Source: Chitinophagaceae bacterium (GTDB taxonomy: Bacteria > Bacteroidota > Bacteroidia > Chitinophagales > Chitinophagaceae). Taken from it: a DNA stretch of 53,944 nucleotides. Below, piece after piece: positions 29,347 to 40,499 of this stretch. The notes under the pieces were generated by a model. It saw only the letters and a program-made list of their open reading frames with translations, searched no databases and was not told the origin of the DNA. The stretch is from assembly GCA_035526625.1 (NCBI GenBank), contig DATLCB010000247.1:1-53944 (forward strand). The letters are read 5' to 3'. Each line of letters begins with the position of its first letter. The first letter of the stretch is position 1. The position numbers were made by a program, and so were the translations under genes.

Positions 29347-30375
29347 TTATTGGAATAATGTCCCGCTGCTACCAGGAGTCTTTCTTCCCAGGTGTTCATA
29401 TGCTTTTGCAGTCACTTCCCTTCCCCTCGGGGTTCTTTGTAAAAAACCTTCCTGTATCAGGAAAGGTTCATATACTTCTTCGATGGTACCCGATTCTTCA
29501 CCAACCGCCGTTGCGATGGTCGTAATACCTACAGGACCACCTTTGAACTTATCAATGATCGTAGTGAGGATACGGTTGTCCATATCGTCAAGTCCATGCT
29601 CATCTACATTCAATGCTTTGAGCGCATGTTGAGTGATACCAAGGTCGATCTGGCCGTCATTCAATACCTGCGCAAAATCCCTTACTCTTCTGAGCAGGCC
29701 ATTGGCGATCCGGGGCGTGCCACGGCTCCTTCTGCCTATTTCTCCTATAGCATCATTGGAGATCTTTGTCCCCAATATACCAGCTGAGCGCTGAATGATC
29801 CTATCCAACACAGCGGAGGTATAATATTCCAATCTCGATTTGATAGCGAACCTTGAAAGCAGTGGCGCTGTCAACAGGCCACTTCTCGTTGTAGCACCTA
29901 TCAGGGTAAAAGGATTGAGATTGATCTGTATGCTCCTTGCATTGGGGCCAGTGTCGATCATTATATCGATGCGGTAATCTTCCATTGCCGCATACAGGTA
30001 TTCTTCCACCACTGTACTCAGCCGGTGGATCTCATCGATGAACAAAACATCATTGGACTCCAAACCTGTCAGCAAGCCCGCAAGATCTCCGGGCTTTTCA
30101 ATAACGGGACCGGAAGTTTCTTTTATGTTCACTCCTAGTTCATTCGCAACAATTCTTGATAAGGTCGTTTTTCCCAAACCGGGAGGGCCATGAAAAAGGA
30201 CGTGGTCCAGCGCTTCACCACGGATCTTTGCCGCCTTGATAAATATCCGCAGGTTCTCGATGATCTGATCCTGTCCCGCAAAATCGTTGATAACAGCAGG
30301 CCGGATCGAGTTCTCAAACACTGCGTCTGCAGATGACAGTTCTTCCTTTGCGCTATTAAGATTGGGGTTACCCAT
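29347..30375 (-). CDS. ruvB: Holliday junction branch migration helicase RuvB
   Basis: [34 protein letters not shown]...RTPRGR. Confidence 0.97.
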   Translation of the reverse strand: MGNPNLNSAKEELSSADAVFENSIRPAVINDFAGQDQIIENLRIFIKAAKIRGEALDHVLFHGPPGLGKTTLSRIVANELGVNIKETSGPVIEKPGDLAGLLTGLESNDVLFIDEIHRLSTVVEEYLYAAMEDYRIDIMIDTGPNARSIQINLNPFTLIGATTRSGLLTAPLLSRFAIKSRLEYYTSAVLDRIIQRSAGILGTKISNDAIGEIGRRSRGTPRIANGLLRRVRDFAQVLNDGQIDLGITQHALKALNVDEHGLDDMDNRILTTIIDKFKGGPVGITTIATAVGEESGTIEEVYEPFLIQEGFLQRTPRGREVTAKAYEHLGRKTPGSSGTLFQ

Positions 30376-30481
30376 TCATTCCTGGTTGATATGTGTAAAG
30401 CTAATTATTAATCAACTAAAAAGTTTTTATAAGATCAGGTGGTAGTGGTCACCCCATAGCTATCGGGTTTGTAAAATAATA

Positions 30482-30582
30482 CTTACCACAGATAGGACAG
30501 ATTAAATACACACAGATTTACACAGCGTTATCTGTGATCGCTCTGTGTATCCGATAACTATCGGGTCCGAGGTAAATTTCAA
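30482..30582. repeat. MITE-like dispersed element, copy 2
   Basis: Shares both ends with 8110-8194; internal CACAGAT repeats with inverted ATCTGTG/CTCTGTG. Confidence 0.85.
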
Positions 30583-30598
30583 ACTATAACATTCCTGA

Positions 30599-31306
30599 TC
30601 AGATCGTATAAGAACGTAATTGTAATATGATCTCCGGGTCAGGACTATTCTGTAACCAATTCTCTCTTTCACTGTATTTGCAAACCCCGGGATAATCTCC
30701 TTCACGGTTGTTCATTTCCAATATTATTTGAAAATGAAGATGCGGTGGCCATTGCCCATTTTCTGCCGGGATCCCAAATTCTGCAAATACATTTCCGCTG
30801 TTTATTTTTTGTCCCTGCCGCAGGTTCTTGATTGAATCCAGGCTAAGATGGCCATAGAGGGTATAGAAGGTTTGATCACCTATTTGGTGAGTCAGTATTA
30901 TGGTTGCTCCATAATCTCCTTTTGCATTATTAAATGCATAGCTGTGAACAACGCCATCAAGGGGACACATCACCGCAGTGCTAGCTTTACCCCAGATATC
31001 TGTACCGAGATGAAAACGACGCGGTTCATCTCCCGGTAATGTCCCATCAAATACAGCACTGGTACTATATACATTCCTGAGTTCGGCATAACCGCCAATG
31101 CCATACCGGGTTTTGTTTTGAAGCAATAAGTGATTGATATATTTTTCGAATGCTTTGATATCCTTCAACAGGTCAACCGAAAGCTGTTTGTTAGCCGGCG
31201 ATAGATCTATCGCTTTGAACCTATCATATCCTTTATCAAAAGGGACAACCGGATGAAAGGTTATTCCCTGGTCCATGACCTTCTTCGAAAATTCAGGTGA
31301 CAGCAT
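30599..31306 (-). CDS. M23 family metallopeptidase
   Basis: HLGTD, YGHL, PPHLHFQ, GDYPG; ATG 31306. Confidence 0.85.
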   Translation of the reverse strand: MLSPEFSKKVMDQGITFHPVVPFDKGYDRFKAIDLSPANKQLSVDLLKDIKAFEKYINHLLLQNKTRYGIGGYAELRNVYSTSAVFDGTLPGDEPRRFHLGTDIWGKASTAVMCPLDGVVHSYAFNNAKGDYGATIILTHQIGDQTFYTLYGHLSLDSIKNLRQGQKINSGNVFAEFGIPAENGQWPPHLHFQIILEMNNREGDYPGVCKYSERENWLQNSPDPEIILQLRSYTI

Positions 31307-31338
31307 ACCGTTAAAGTTACAGAAGCCCCATAAAAAGA

Positions 31339-31367
31339 TCATCCCGCTCCTGGATGGAACGGGATGA
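31339..31367 (-). terminator. Terminator after the 1560-aa T9SS gene
   Basis: TCATCCCG...CGGGATGA stem with A tract on its left. Confidence 0.65.
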
Positions 31368-31390
31368 CAATTATCAATTAGAACTGACTA

Positions 31391-34300
31391 TTATTTCCGC
31401 TGAATGATGACAGGGAATGTTTTTTCTGATGTTCTGACACCATCGTCATAAGTGAACTTGACCATATAAGCGCCCGCAGGCAGATGACTGAGATCAACCG
31501 GAACGGTCCTTCCATATACGAGGCCATTGAAGACCTGTGTTTGCAAGAGTTGTCCGGCGTTGTTATATACTCTCATGCCAAGGAAATTATACAATGTGCT
31601 GTTCACCCTGAAACTGAATCGTCCGTTGTTCGGGTTCGGGAACAGGATCACTGCAGCGTCCTGGGCAAGGCGCCTGATCCTTTCAGGACAATCCTGTACC
31701 TGTGCAACTACAGTTGCGGAAGAAGGACAATTCGATGCATTGACATATGAATAAGTAAGCGTATAAGAACCCACAGCTGTGATAGGTGGTACAAAATTGA
31801 ATCCTGAAACGCCTGTACCACTCCAGCTACCACCCACAGGTGTTGCTGAAAGAGGAACCAATGTATCGGTCAGGCATATCCTTGAAGGAAGTGCCGCAAT
31901 GGTTACAGGTGTAGCTGCATTTACAGTAAGCACCGCATTACCGGATGTTATACTCTGATTGCAATTGTTCGTTACGATCACCCTGTAGAGGCTTCCGTTC
32001 ATAGCAGTTGTTGTAGGACTTACTGTCAATGTTGGTGTATATGATCCACCAGTGGTAAGGTTGGTCCATGGTCCGGCCGGGTTACCGTTCGGACTTACCT
32101 GCCATTGATAGATGGTCGGCGCTGGTACGCCGCCTGTTGCAACTGTAAATACTGCCGCATCAGGTGCACATACGGTCCTGTTGGCCGGTTGTGTAGTGAT
32201 CGTCGGTGTTGTTGCAACCGTCAGCCTGATCGAGTCTGAGAATATTGGTGTCGGAGGGCAAACGCCACTGATCACCACGCGGAACCTATGACCGTTCTGA
32301 GCAGTTGTAGTATTAAGCACTGTCAAGTTCGGCGTATTCGTTCCACTGTACTGCGCACCATTTGAAATATTACTCCATGGAGTAGGTGTAGCACCAAGAC
32401 TTACCTGCCATTGGTAGGTGAGATTGGTTCCGGTAGCAACGACGTTGTAATTAGCATTAAAGCCAGGGCAGATCGGTGCGGCCAATGCTACAGGCTGTGT
32501 TGTTATTGCGGGCGAATAGTTTACTACAATCGCCACACTGGCACCGTTGGAACAACCTGCAGTGGTATTTGATGCAGTATACGTAGTGTTCACAGAAGGT
32601 CTTGCCCAAACTGTATAAACAGGGGTGCCTGTATACGCAGTGGTAGCAGATGCATCTGTAAACAGGTTTGTAGTTGGACTGAATACCACTGGCTGCGGAA
32701 CATTCAATGTAAGGCTCCATGTTGCGATGAAACCGGTTTCGTTCGTATTATCATCTACCACATACAAATTCCAGTTTCCGTTCGGGTTACCTGTGATACT
32801 TGCGAGTGAGGTAGAACTTGGAGCACCCAGCGGACCAGGCAGTGGCCAGCTATCACCTGCCCCATAGTTTGTTGGCTTATATGTTCCGCTTGGGTTGAAA
32901 GCTGCATCGAACAATGTTGCAGCAGCAGCATCATCGAATGTAAATGTCTGCCCCGTAGCAGGAGGGTTACCACCTGCATCTGACATCAAGATCACTGATT
33001 GACCACTGGGTGATACCAGTACGATGTCCACATCATCTGGTAAAGTATGAGAGAATCCGGTGATGGTCACAGATTTCACAGTAACACCAGAAGTAAGTAA
33101 TCCTGATACAGGGATACTGTTAGGATAAGGTGAGGCGATCCCTGAAGTGTTGCCACCGGCAGGTATATGGGTATTGACGTTACTGCTGAATGTTTGAGGG
33201 GTTGGAGGTAATGACGAAGCGTCTATACGAACGATATCTCCATTACAAATAACCACAGGAGCAGGCAATACGAATGAGATACGTAATCCCGCACCCAGCG
33301 AAACATTGTTACAGGAGTATGACGTGAACAAAGTGGTTGGCGTATTTGCACCCTGCACACCGATGGAAGCGCTGGATCCATTATTGGTATTGTTTCCGTA
33401 AATGAAATCTACCCTTTGCTGACCTTCGAAGAGGCGTGCTTCAAAATTTATCGTGCCACCAATGCCGAACAGTGTAGCTCTCCATTCGATATTGAATATG
33501 CGATTAGGTGCAACGCCCGAAACCGAGGTATAGATACCATCGCCTGCATTGATGTCTGTTCTGAGATCATCCCAATGTGGCATAAATGCCGGGAACCCAA
33601 GTGTTGTAGCTGTGGGAAGCGGACATGTATTTGTAAATGCTGTGTTACCTGCTCCTGAGAACTGGATATTACCATTGCTGGAAACTATCAGACTATTATA
33701 AACAGTACCATACGCATCATAACCAAACGGTATTGGCACCACGGCGGTTACATCATCACCCTGGGTGCCCGGTACTAATGCTGTACCCGGAACAATGGCA
33801 TTTCCTGTTGTTGTTGTGTAAACATAATTCGTACCCGGAGGTGCCGGAGGTGTTGGCCCCGGAGTGGTTGTTAGTGTAATTATTGGTGTCTGGTTCACTG
33901 TCATGGTAACATTGGTCACCACGGTACAGCCGATCGGATCGGTAGAAGTAAGTACATAAGTATGAACACCGGCTGGTATCACCGTTACAGGGAAGCTCAC
34001 GGTGGCATTGCGTGCACCTGAAACAACTGGCGCACCAATTATACCTGGACCAGTCAGCGTATGGGTATAGTTACCTGCGAGAGTAGCCGTTCCACTGACA
34101 GTACCACTGATCGTTGTTGCACCCGGAGAACACGCAACATTTGGTGCTGCCACAACACCGGAATGAACCAGGTTGCTGACATTAACAGGGAACTCAACCG
34201 TATTACCGGTTCCTCCACCTGGGTTTGTACAGTTTACAGATACTATGAAATAGGTTGTCGTTGTAGTATTGAATGTATAAGAAGGATTCGTCGCACCGGG

Positions 34301-36073
34301 AATAGCTGTATAAGGACCGCCCGGTGTAAGCGAAGATCTCCACTGGTAAGTGATACCATTAGCGATCGTATTACCTGTCAGGTTCAGTGTAACTGAACTG
34401 CCAGGGCAATAAGGACCGGAAGAACCGCTGATAGCACCGGGTGAAGGAACACCTGCACATGGCTGACAATTTCTTGTCAGTGTGAATGTTCCCGTAGCCG
34501 AACCAAATCCGTGAACAAGTATATAATACCGGGTTCCTGCAGTGGTCGGGAATGTTACTTGAGAACCTACTCCGCAGAAATCATCATTACATCCCACACT
34601 GACCAGCGAACCGCAGGTTCCTGAAAAAACATCGATCCGGGTATCAAATGAAAATGCTGCGCAAGTGTTCACTGTTTCTACACCCCCGGAACCTATGAAT
34701 GTATACCATACACCAGAGGTTGAAACTGCAAATCCGCAGAAGGGCACCACATCAATTGATCCTCCTACCGTTGTTCCGTTAATTGATTGTCCGCAATTGA
34801 TATTGATAGCACCTGAACAAGCATCATTGACGGGCTGGCAGGCAATATTAAGTGTAAAGGCACCTGTTGCTCCCCCAAAGCCGTGTACCCGTATACGGTA
34901 GACCGTACCTAAGGTCGTCGCCCAGCTGAACTGGGATTGAAGTCCGCAGAAATCATCGTTACCTCCCACACAAACCAGGGCTCCGCAGTTACCCGTGTAT
35001 ACATCTATCTTAGTATCATAAGCTGAACCGCAAAGTATCGCCGTGATATTCGCACCGGTTCCTACAACTGTATACCATACATCGGCAGCGATGCTGCTGC
35101 TACCGGTACAGGTTATAGGTGGTCCATCGATGGTTGCCTGTGCAGTAGTTCCGGTTACAGTTTGGCCGCAGTTAAGTGCTATAGCATTGGCACAATCATC
35201 ATTGTTTGGCGTCAAAGGAGTATAGATACCCATTGTCTGAACCTGGCCCGCGCCGCCTCCGGGATATGTGCCAATTAAAGTCGTGGCACCCGTAAGCGTG
35301 TCTATCGTTCTCAATTCAGGATTAAACGTAGTATTATTGAAAGCGGCATAATAGTATTGCCCATCACTAAGATCAAAGTGACCATCTTGTCCAAAATTGG
35401 CGTTGAAGCCAATGCCACCTACCAAAGTAGGTACGCCGGTAGTTTTATTCCAACGGAATAGCTGGTCATTTACCAGGTCAACCGCAAATAAAGAGCCACC
35501 GGGGGCGGCATTCAACATGATAGCACCCGGGCAGGTAGTCGTAGCAACCCCAATAGGAGTACACACACCGGTGGTAATATTAAGGGTAAATATTTGTGAT
35601 TGGGAGAGAGTACCATTTGTTGCAATACCATACATGGTATTGGTGGTCCTGTCCCATGTCATTCCTGTAAAATTCGCCAGTGGAACTCCGCTACAGTTAG
35701 CAATAAATGTCCTTACCCCTGTTACGGTATCTACCGTGTATAAAGCAAAAGGAGCAAGCTGATCGATGACATAATATTTATTAGTAGTTGTCACCCATGC
35801 TGCGGCACCAGGGAATTGAAAAGGAACTGCAGCACCCACAGGTGTTAATACTGTATTAGATAAGGTTTGCTTATTGAACTGGAAAGGACCTGGTCCGGCA
35901 TAAACAAATGCACGGCTGGCCGGGTTGGCAACATCGGGAAGGATCACATCACCTTTTGATGCAGATGATGCAGGTGTTACCGGGGCTGGTCCTGCCGAAT
36001 GCTGTGCTTGTAGCTGGTTGGCAAAAGAAATAACACACAGTAAGGCAAGAATACATACGTATAACTTTCTCAT
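31391..36073 (-). CDS. T9SS type A sorting domain protein (propeller-like, PPC-like x2, NIDO-like, P-domain, Ig-like)
   Basis: Signal peptide; repeated NDxC...GCNDDFCG...VHGFG units; HTLPDDVDIVLVSPSG P-domain; C-terminal FPNPNNGRF...GAYMVK. Confidence 0.85.
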   Translation of the reverse strand: MRKLYVCILALLCVISFANQLQAQHSAGPAPVTPASSASKGDVILPDVANPASRAFVYAGPGPFQFNKQTLSNTVLTPVGAAVPFQFPGAAAWVTTTNKYYVIDQLAPFALYTVDTVTGVRTFIANCSGVPLANFTGMTWDRTTNTMYGIATNGTLSQSQIFTLNITTGVCTPIGVATTTCPGAIMLNAAPGGSLFAVDLVNDQLFRWNKTTGVPTLVGGIGFNANFGQDGHFDLSDGQYYYAAFNNTTFNPELRTIDTLTGATTLIGTYPGGGAGQVQTMGIYTPLTPNNDDCANAIALNCGQTVTGTTAQATIDGPPITCTGSSSIAADVWYTVVGTGANITAILCGSAYDTKIDVYTGNCGALVCVGGNDDFCGLQSQFSWATTLGTVYRIRVHGFGGATGAFTLNIACQPVNDACSGAININCGQSINGTTVGGSIDVVPFCGFAVSTSGVWYTFIGSGGVETVNTCAAFSFDTRIDVFSGTCGSLVSVGCNDDFCGVGSQVTFPTTAGTRYYILVHGFGSATGTFTLTRNCQPCAGVPSPGAISGSSGPYCPGSSVTLNLTGNTIANGITYQWRSSLTPGGPYTAIPGATNPSYTFNTTTTTYFIVSVNCTNPGGGTGNTVEFPVNVSNLVHSGVVAAPNVACSPGATTISGTVSGTATLAGNYTHTLTGPGIIGAPVVSGARNATVSFPVTVIPAGVHTYVLTSTDPIGCTVVTNVTMTVNQTPIITLTTTPGPTPPAPPGTNYVYTTTTGNAIVPGTALVPGTQGDDVTAVVPIPFGYDAYGTVYNSLIVSSNGNIQFSGAGNTAFTNTCPLPTATTLGFPAFMPHWDDLRTDINAGDGIYTSVSGVAPNRIFNIEWRATLFGIGGTINFEARLFEGQQRVDFIYGNNTNNGSSASIGVQGANTPTTLFTSYSCNNVSLGAGLRISFVLPAPVVICNGDIVRIDASSLPPTPQTFSSNVNTHIPAGGNTSGIASPYPNSIPVSGLLTSGVTVKSVTITGFSHTLPDDVDIVLVSPSGQSVILMSDAGGNPPATGQTFTFDDAAAATLFDAAFNPSGTYKPTNYGAGDSWPLPGPLGAPSSTSLASITGNPNGNWNLYVVDDNTNETGFIATWSLTLNVPQPVVFSPTTNLFTDASATTAYTGTPVYTVWARPSVNTTYTASNTTAGCSNGASVAIVVNYSPAITTQPVALAAPICPGFNANYNVVATGTNLTYQWQVSLGATPTPWSNISNGAQYSGTNTPNLTVLNTTTAQNGHRFRVVISGVCPPTPIFSDSIRLTVATTPTITTQPANRTVCAPDAAVFTVATGGVPAPTIYQWQVSPNGNPAGPWTNLTTGGSYTPTLTVSPTTTAMNGSLYRVIVTNNCNQSITSGNAVLTVNAATPVTIAALPSRICLTDTLVPLSATPVGGSWSGTGVSGFNFVPPITAVGSYTLTYSYVNASNCPSSATVVAQVQDCPERIRRLAQDAAVILFPNPNNGRFSFRVNSTLYNFLGMRVYNNAGQLLQTQVFNGLVYGRTVPVDLSHLPAGAYMVKFTYDDGVRTSEKTFPVIIQRK

Positions 36074-36215
36074 AAGCTTAGTTTGGTTAATTACAGATTC
36101 TCTCCCCGTTGGAGAGATTTGGGGGAAAGTTAGGATTTTTTTTCACTGTGTCAACTTTTGGCAGGAAAATATTAAATCCTTAAAACCGTTAGTATGAATA
36201 AATTGTCTCCTCCTT

Positions 36216-37295
36216 ATGAAAAGGCTCCTCCCCGCAGGTTTTGGCTGCTTTCTCCTATTGGTTTTTTCCTGTTTTTCCCTGCCTCTTTCAGCGCAAATGA
36301 TCACTGGCGTTTGGAAAGGGAAGATCAACCGGCAAAGGGTCGAAGTAAAGATCATTCAGAATGGTGACAGTCTTACCGGCACCTCGTACTACTACGAGTC
36401 TGCCAATAATTACCGCCGTTATACCATCAAAGGATATTTCGACCAGGCCACCAATGCCGCGGTATGGTGGGATGATCAGCTGGTGGAGGAAAAGTCCGGC
36501 CGTTTCAGTATCTCTACTCCGGGTAAGATGCCCATGCTTTCGCGGGCCGACTTCAATTGTCCCGGAGGCAGCAGGATGATGCTGGATGGTAAAGTGGCGA
36601 GACGTGATGAGGAACTGGATATAAAAGGAGATGTTCATCTCGATAAAAGCAGCGATCCTGAATTTGAGGACGAATGGGATTTTGTCATCGGTAATTATAC
36701 CATCGGCGCCAATGACCCGGATATTATAGATAGTATCGGGGCTATTGCTCTAAGCTCTCATTCTGTTACTGACGAACCAATAAAAACCAGGCCTGAAGAA
36801 AAAAAACCGGTAGTTATTACTTCCGCTACACCAAAGTCTGGTGATCCTTCGACACAAAATGTTCAAAAACCGGGACCGGTTATTCAAAGACCTGCGCCTG
36901 TAGCGGTCGCTGTACCTGTCAAAGCGCCTACCATTGAAGAAAAATTCGTTACCCGCAAAAAAGTATTCATTAAGGAGATACCGGTATCTGGTGATTCTGT
37001 TGAACTGCGTTTTTATGACAATGCGGAGATCGACGGCGACTCCATCTCGCTTTTTCTGAATGATAAATTATTGTTCCAGCATATCCGTCTTACAGGAAAC
37101 GCCTATAGCATCAAGCTGGCAGTAAGTGAACTGAATGAGACAAACGAATTGACAATGGTTGCGGAAAATCTGGGCGCCATTCCTCCTAATACCTCTTATA
37201 TGGTGGTCATGGTGAATGAAAAAAAGTATGATGCCTACCTTGCCAGCAGCGAAGGCAGCAGCGCCATGATACGTTTTGTAAAGAAAGACCCCTGA
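36216..37295 (+). CDS. Uncharacterised exported two-domain protein
   Basis: Signal peptide, Pro-rich linker, C-terminal FYDNAEIDGDSIS...AENLGAIPPNT domain. Confidence 0.75.
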   Translation: MKRLLPAGFGCFLLLVFSCFSLPLSAQMITGVWKGKINRQRVEVKIIQNGDSLTGTSYYYESANNYRRYTIKGYFDQATNAAVWWDDQLVEEKSGRFSISTPGKMPMLSRADFNCPGGSRMMLDGKVARRDEELDIKGDVHLDKSSDPEFEDEWDFVIGNYTIGANDPDIIDSIGAIALSSHSVTDEPIKTRPEEKKPVVITSATPKSGDPSTQNVQKPGPVIQRPAPVAVAVPVKAPTIEEKFVTRKKVFIKEIPVSGDSVELRFYDNAEIDGDSISLFLNDKLLFQHIRLTGNAYSIKLAVSELNETNELTMVAENLGAIPPNTSYMVVMVNEKKYDAYLASSEGSSAMIRFVKKDP

Positions 37296-37296
37296 C

Positions 37297-40200
37297 TTAT
37301 TTCAATTGTTTCAGGATCTCCTCTATCGCCCGGTCCAGTTGCGGATCACGCCCAGTGAGCTTGTCATCAAAATTGTTGATGACAAGTATATCCGGCTGCA
37401 CTCCCGACATCTCGAGATCCTTTCCATCCAGGCTATAACAACCCCAGCCGGGCATCCTCACGGTAGAGCCATCCACCAAACCCACGCCACTGGTAAAAAT
37501 GATCCAACGGTATGTACCATTGCCAATGATCTTCCCCAATTTTAATGCTTTAAAACCCTGTGATGTCATTTCCGCATCGCTCAATGATTGTTCGTTGATC
37601 AATAATATGATCGGCTTATCCGCGGGATTAAAGTTGGGTTGCGGCGACAGCATTCCCTGCCGGTACTTCCACTGCAGGTAGGTTTTTTGAGATAAGAACT
37701 TCAGCACTTCGTCGTGTACATTACCGCCGGTATTATATCGCAGGTCGAAGATCAAAGCGTCCTTTTTATTCAACTCCTGTGTCATATCCACGATGAACTG
37801 ATCTAGTTCTCCCTGTCCCATATTCTTCATACAACCATAAGCGATCCTTCCCTTTCCTTTCTCATCCACTCTTGCCTGGTTGTTATCGATCCATTCATCA
37901 TAGAGATTCGTGAAAAGGCTGGCCTGCGGATGAACTTTTGATTCAACCGTCTGCGTTCCCCTTTTAAATGTCATTTTCAACTCCCTGTCGAGTGAAGGCC
38001 GGGTAAAATAAAAGTTGCGGTCCTTTTGTATATCCACCACTTCATCATTCACTTTGAAGAGTATATCACCGGGTTTGATATCTGCTTCTTTCTTAGACGC
38101 AGCAGAACGTTTTACCACATACTTTACTTTGTAGGGATCATTGTCTTCAAAGATGATACCTGTCTCCATGGTACGGTTCTGTAAGGCAATGGTCTCATCA
38201 TCACCAAAAGTGCCAAAACCCTGGTGCGAAGAATTCAGTTCACCCAGCATATCATTTAAGAGCACCCTCATATCCGCACGATTATTTAGGTACGGGACGA
38301 ACTGCTGGTAGTAATCCTTTATTTTACCCCAGTTGATGCCATGAAAGTTTTCGTCATAATAGTTCTCTTCCATCTGTGCCCATGCTTCGGTAAACATCTG
38401 GCTGAATTCACCGGAAAGATTGCGGCGGAACGTGTAAGAGATATTAATAGGATCGACCTTATTCGCATCGAGGTTCAGTTTATTGATGGTGCCATTGAAT
38501 AAAACATAAAATTTGTCGCTTACCTCGAGGATGTCAAAACCAAAACTGTTATCGGTGCCGGCTATTTTTTCTGTTTTGCTGGCCTCGAATGGTTCGGTCA
38601 CTGTTTTCCATAATGCATTTCTCCCTTCTCCGTGATTGCTGGTATATAGCACCGAAGTTTTATCTCCTTTCTGGTAAACATACTGGAGGAATTGCGCACC
38701 CAGTGAAGGACCCACGAGTTCCATTCTTTCCAGGATCCGTTCGGTATCGATCACCAGGGGTTTGCTGGAAATACTATCCGCCATGGCTGCAGCTTTTTTG
38801 CTGGTATCTTTTTTCTCTTCTTTGAATAATTCATTGAACTTATCGAGTCGGTAAGGTTCATCTGAATTCTCCAGTGGCAGGCGGTATACTCTTGCATTCG
38901 GCATGCCAAAAGGGTAAGCTGCTTTCAGGCGCTGGGAAGTAAGAAAGATCGACTTCCCCTCCGGAGACCAGATCGGTCCCGATTCGGTGATGCCTGTGTT
39001 CGTAAGGTTGATCGTTTTATTATCTTTTATATTATAGACAAAGATGTCCTGCTCAAAATTCCTGTAGGCCGTAAAAAGAACATAGTCTTCATTGGGTGAA
39101 AAACCGGGCTCACTGTTTTGAAAACCCCATATCTCATCTTTGACTATGGTTTTGCTTTCCATTGTTTTCAGGTCCATCAGGCGTACTTCATCCCTTCCGC
39201 TGAGGTAAACAGCTTTTGTTCTTTTTTTGCTCAATACGATAGAGCGGTCATTTTTCTTGTCTTTGGTCAGTTGCTTTAATGTACCCTTCCCGTCTGCGCC
39301 GATAGTGTACCAGTTGGTATAACCATCCAGTGTCTGGTTGAACAATAGGGTACGGTTATCCGCGAGCCATTTTATTTCTCTTACTCTTTCTACGGAACCC
39401 CGGTTTATTTGCTGAATGAATTTACCTTCCACATCACTAATGAAGACCTCTCCTCTTGATACAAAAGCCATTTTTTTCCCATCCGGTGAAACATCAAAAG
39501 CCGTGATATTACCCTTTACTTCAAAATCTTTTTCTTTTGGCAAAATATTATTGCGGATGATCGAAATATCCAGTTTTCTTTCGTCACCCGTCTTTACATC
39601 ATAGGTCCAGAGCTGGTAATCTTTTTCAAAGACCACTTTACCGCCATTGGCATTAACCTGTGGCGTTTTTATAGAAGTGCTGAAGCGGGTGCATTTTCTT
39701 TTATTGCCATTCACAAGTGCATATAAATTATATTCCCCGTTCCCTTCATCGGAAATGAAAAAGACATTGCCTGTTCTGTCGATCGTGGCGCCAAAATCCT
39801 TTCCTTCCCAATCTGTGTATTTTTTGTGCTGCTTTGTTTTGAGGTTGTACGATTGGATGTCGGGGTTGAAGGGCCCTTTATATCTTTTCCGCTGTACCTG
39901 GTTACTGCTTTCCCAGGTATCATTGAAGAATATTTCCCCGGAAGAAGGATGCTCTACCAGGTTATGATCATACTGGAAAAAATAATTACCAAACACCCTT
40001 TGGGCATTCCCTCCATCGGCATTTACTTTAAACCCTGCGATCTGTCCCATCCGGCCGCTGTTGAAATATATATATTTTGAATCCCAGCTCCAGCTGGTTA
40101 CTTCGTCATTCACGCTGTGCCAGGTGATCTGCTTTATCTCTCCTCCGTTAAGGGGCATCACATAGACATCTGCATTACCATACTGACGACCGGAAAAAGC

Positions 40201-40437
40201 GATCCATTTTCCATCGGGTGAGATACGCGGTGATGTTTCGTAACCCTGCATAGCCGTGAGACGGGAAGCCTGCCCATCTTTTATACTGGCTTTCCAAAGA
40301 TCCCCTTCAAAACTGAAGACGACAGTTTGTCCATCGGGACTCAGTGTAGGATTAGATAAAAAATAGGCTTTGCTATCCTGTGCGGCAAGAGAAATAGAAA
40401 TAGCCGAAAGGAAGAGTGCGGCAAGCAGTCGTTTCAT
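37297..40437 (-). CDS. Tricorn-like S41 family peptidase
   Basis: PD40 repeats (SPDG), GELNSSH, PDZ-like domain, DLRYNTGGN, catalytic-Ser region SLSDAE, GVQPDI. Confidence 0.92.
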   Translation of the reverse strand: MKRLLAALFLSAISISLAAQDSKAYFLSNPTLSPDGQTVVFSFEGDLWKASIKDGQASRLTAMQGYETSPRISPDGKWIAFSGRQYGNADVYVMPLNGGEIKQITWHSVNDEVTSWSWDSKYIYFNSGRMGQIAGFKVNADGGNAQRVFGNYFFQYDHNLVEHPSSGEIFFNDTWESSNQVQRKRYKGPFNPDIQSYNLKTKQHKKYTDWEGKDFGATIDRTGNVFFISDEGNGEYNLYALVNGNKRKCTRFSTSIKTPQVNANGGKVVFEKDYQLWTYDVKTGDERKLDISIIRNNILPKEKDFEVKGNITAFDVSPDGKKMAFVSRGEVFISDVEGKFIQQINRGSVERVREIKWLADNRTLLFNQTLDGYTNWYTIGADGKGTLKQLTKDKKNDRSIVLSKKRTKAVYLSGRDEVRLMDLKTMESKTIVKDEIWGFQNSEPGFSPNEDYVLFTAYRNFEQDIFVYNIKDNKTINLTNTGITESGPIWSPEGKSIFLTSQRLKAAYPFGMPNARVYRLPLENSDEPYRLDKFNELFKEEKKDTSKKAAAMADSISSKPLVIDTERILERMELVGPSLGAQFLQYVYQKGDKTSVLYTSNHGEGRNALWKTVTEPFEASKTEKIAGTDNSFGFDILEVSDKFYVLFNGTINKLNLDANKVDPINISYTFRRNLSGEFSQMFTEAWAQMEENYYDENFHGINWGKIKDYYQQFVPYLNNRADMRVLLNDMLGELNSSHQGFGTFGDDETIALQNRTMETGIIFEDNDPYKVKYVVKRSAASKKEADIKPGDILFKVNDEVVDIQKDRNFYFTRPSLDRELKMTFKRGTQTVESKVHPQASLFTNLYDEWIDNNQARVDEKGKGRIAYGCMKNMGQGELDQFIVDMTQELNKKDALIFDLRYNTGGNVHDEVLKFLSQKTYLQWKYRQGMLSPQPNFNPADKPIILLINEQSLSDAEMTSQGFKALKLGKIIGNGTYRWIIFTSGVGLVDGSTVRMPGWGCYSLDGKDLEMSGVQPDILVINNFDDKLTGRDPQLDRAIEEILKQLK

Positions 40438-40499
40438 TGCAGTAGATTTAGTCACGGAAATTACGAACCCGGAACCTTACCACAATACCATTTGTAATA

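Noticed and set aside
30482-30582. CACAGAT repeats as a possible CRISPR array
   Set aside because: Units are too short, there are no unique spacers and no cas genes.
36844-36854. ATCCTTCGACA, like the left half of the leuS/ABC element
   Set aside because: The GCTCAGGA half is missing and 11 bp could be chance.
40474-40484. ACCTTACCACA, identical to 8108-8118
   Set aside because: Similarity does not extend, so it is too short to call a third MITE copy.
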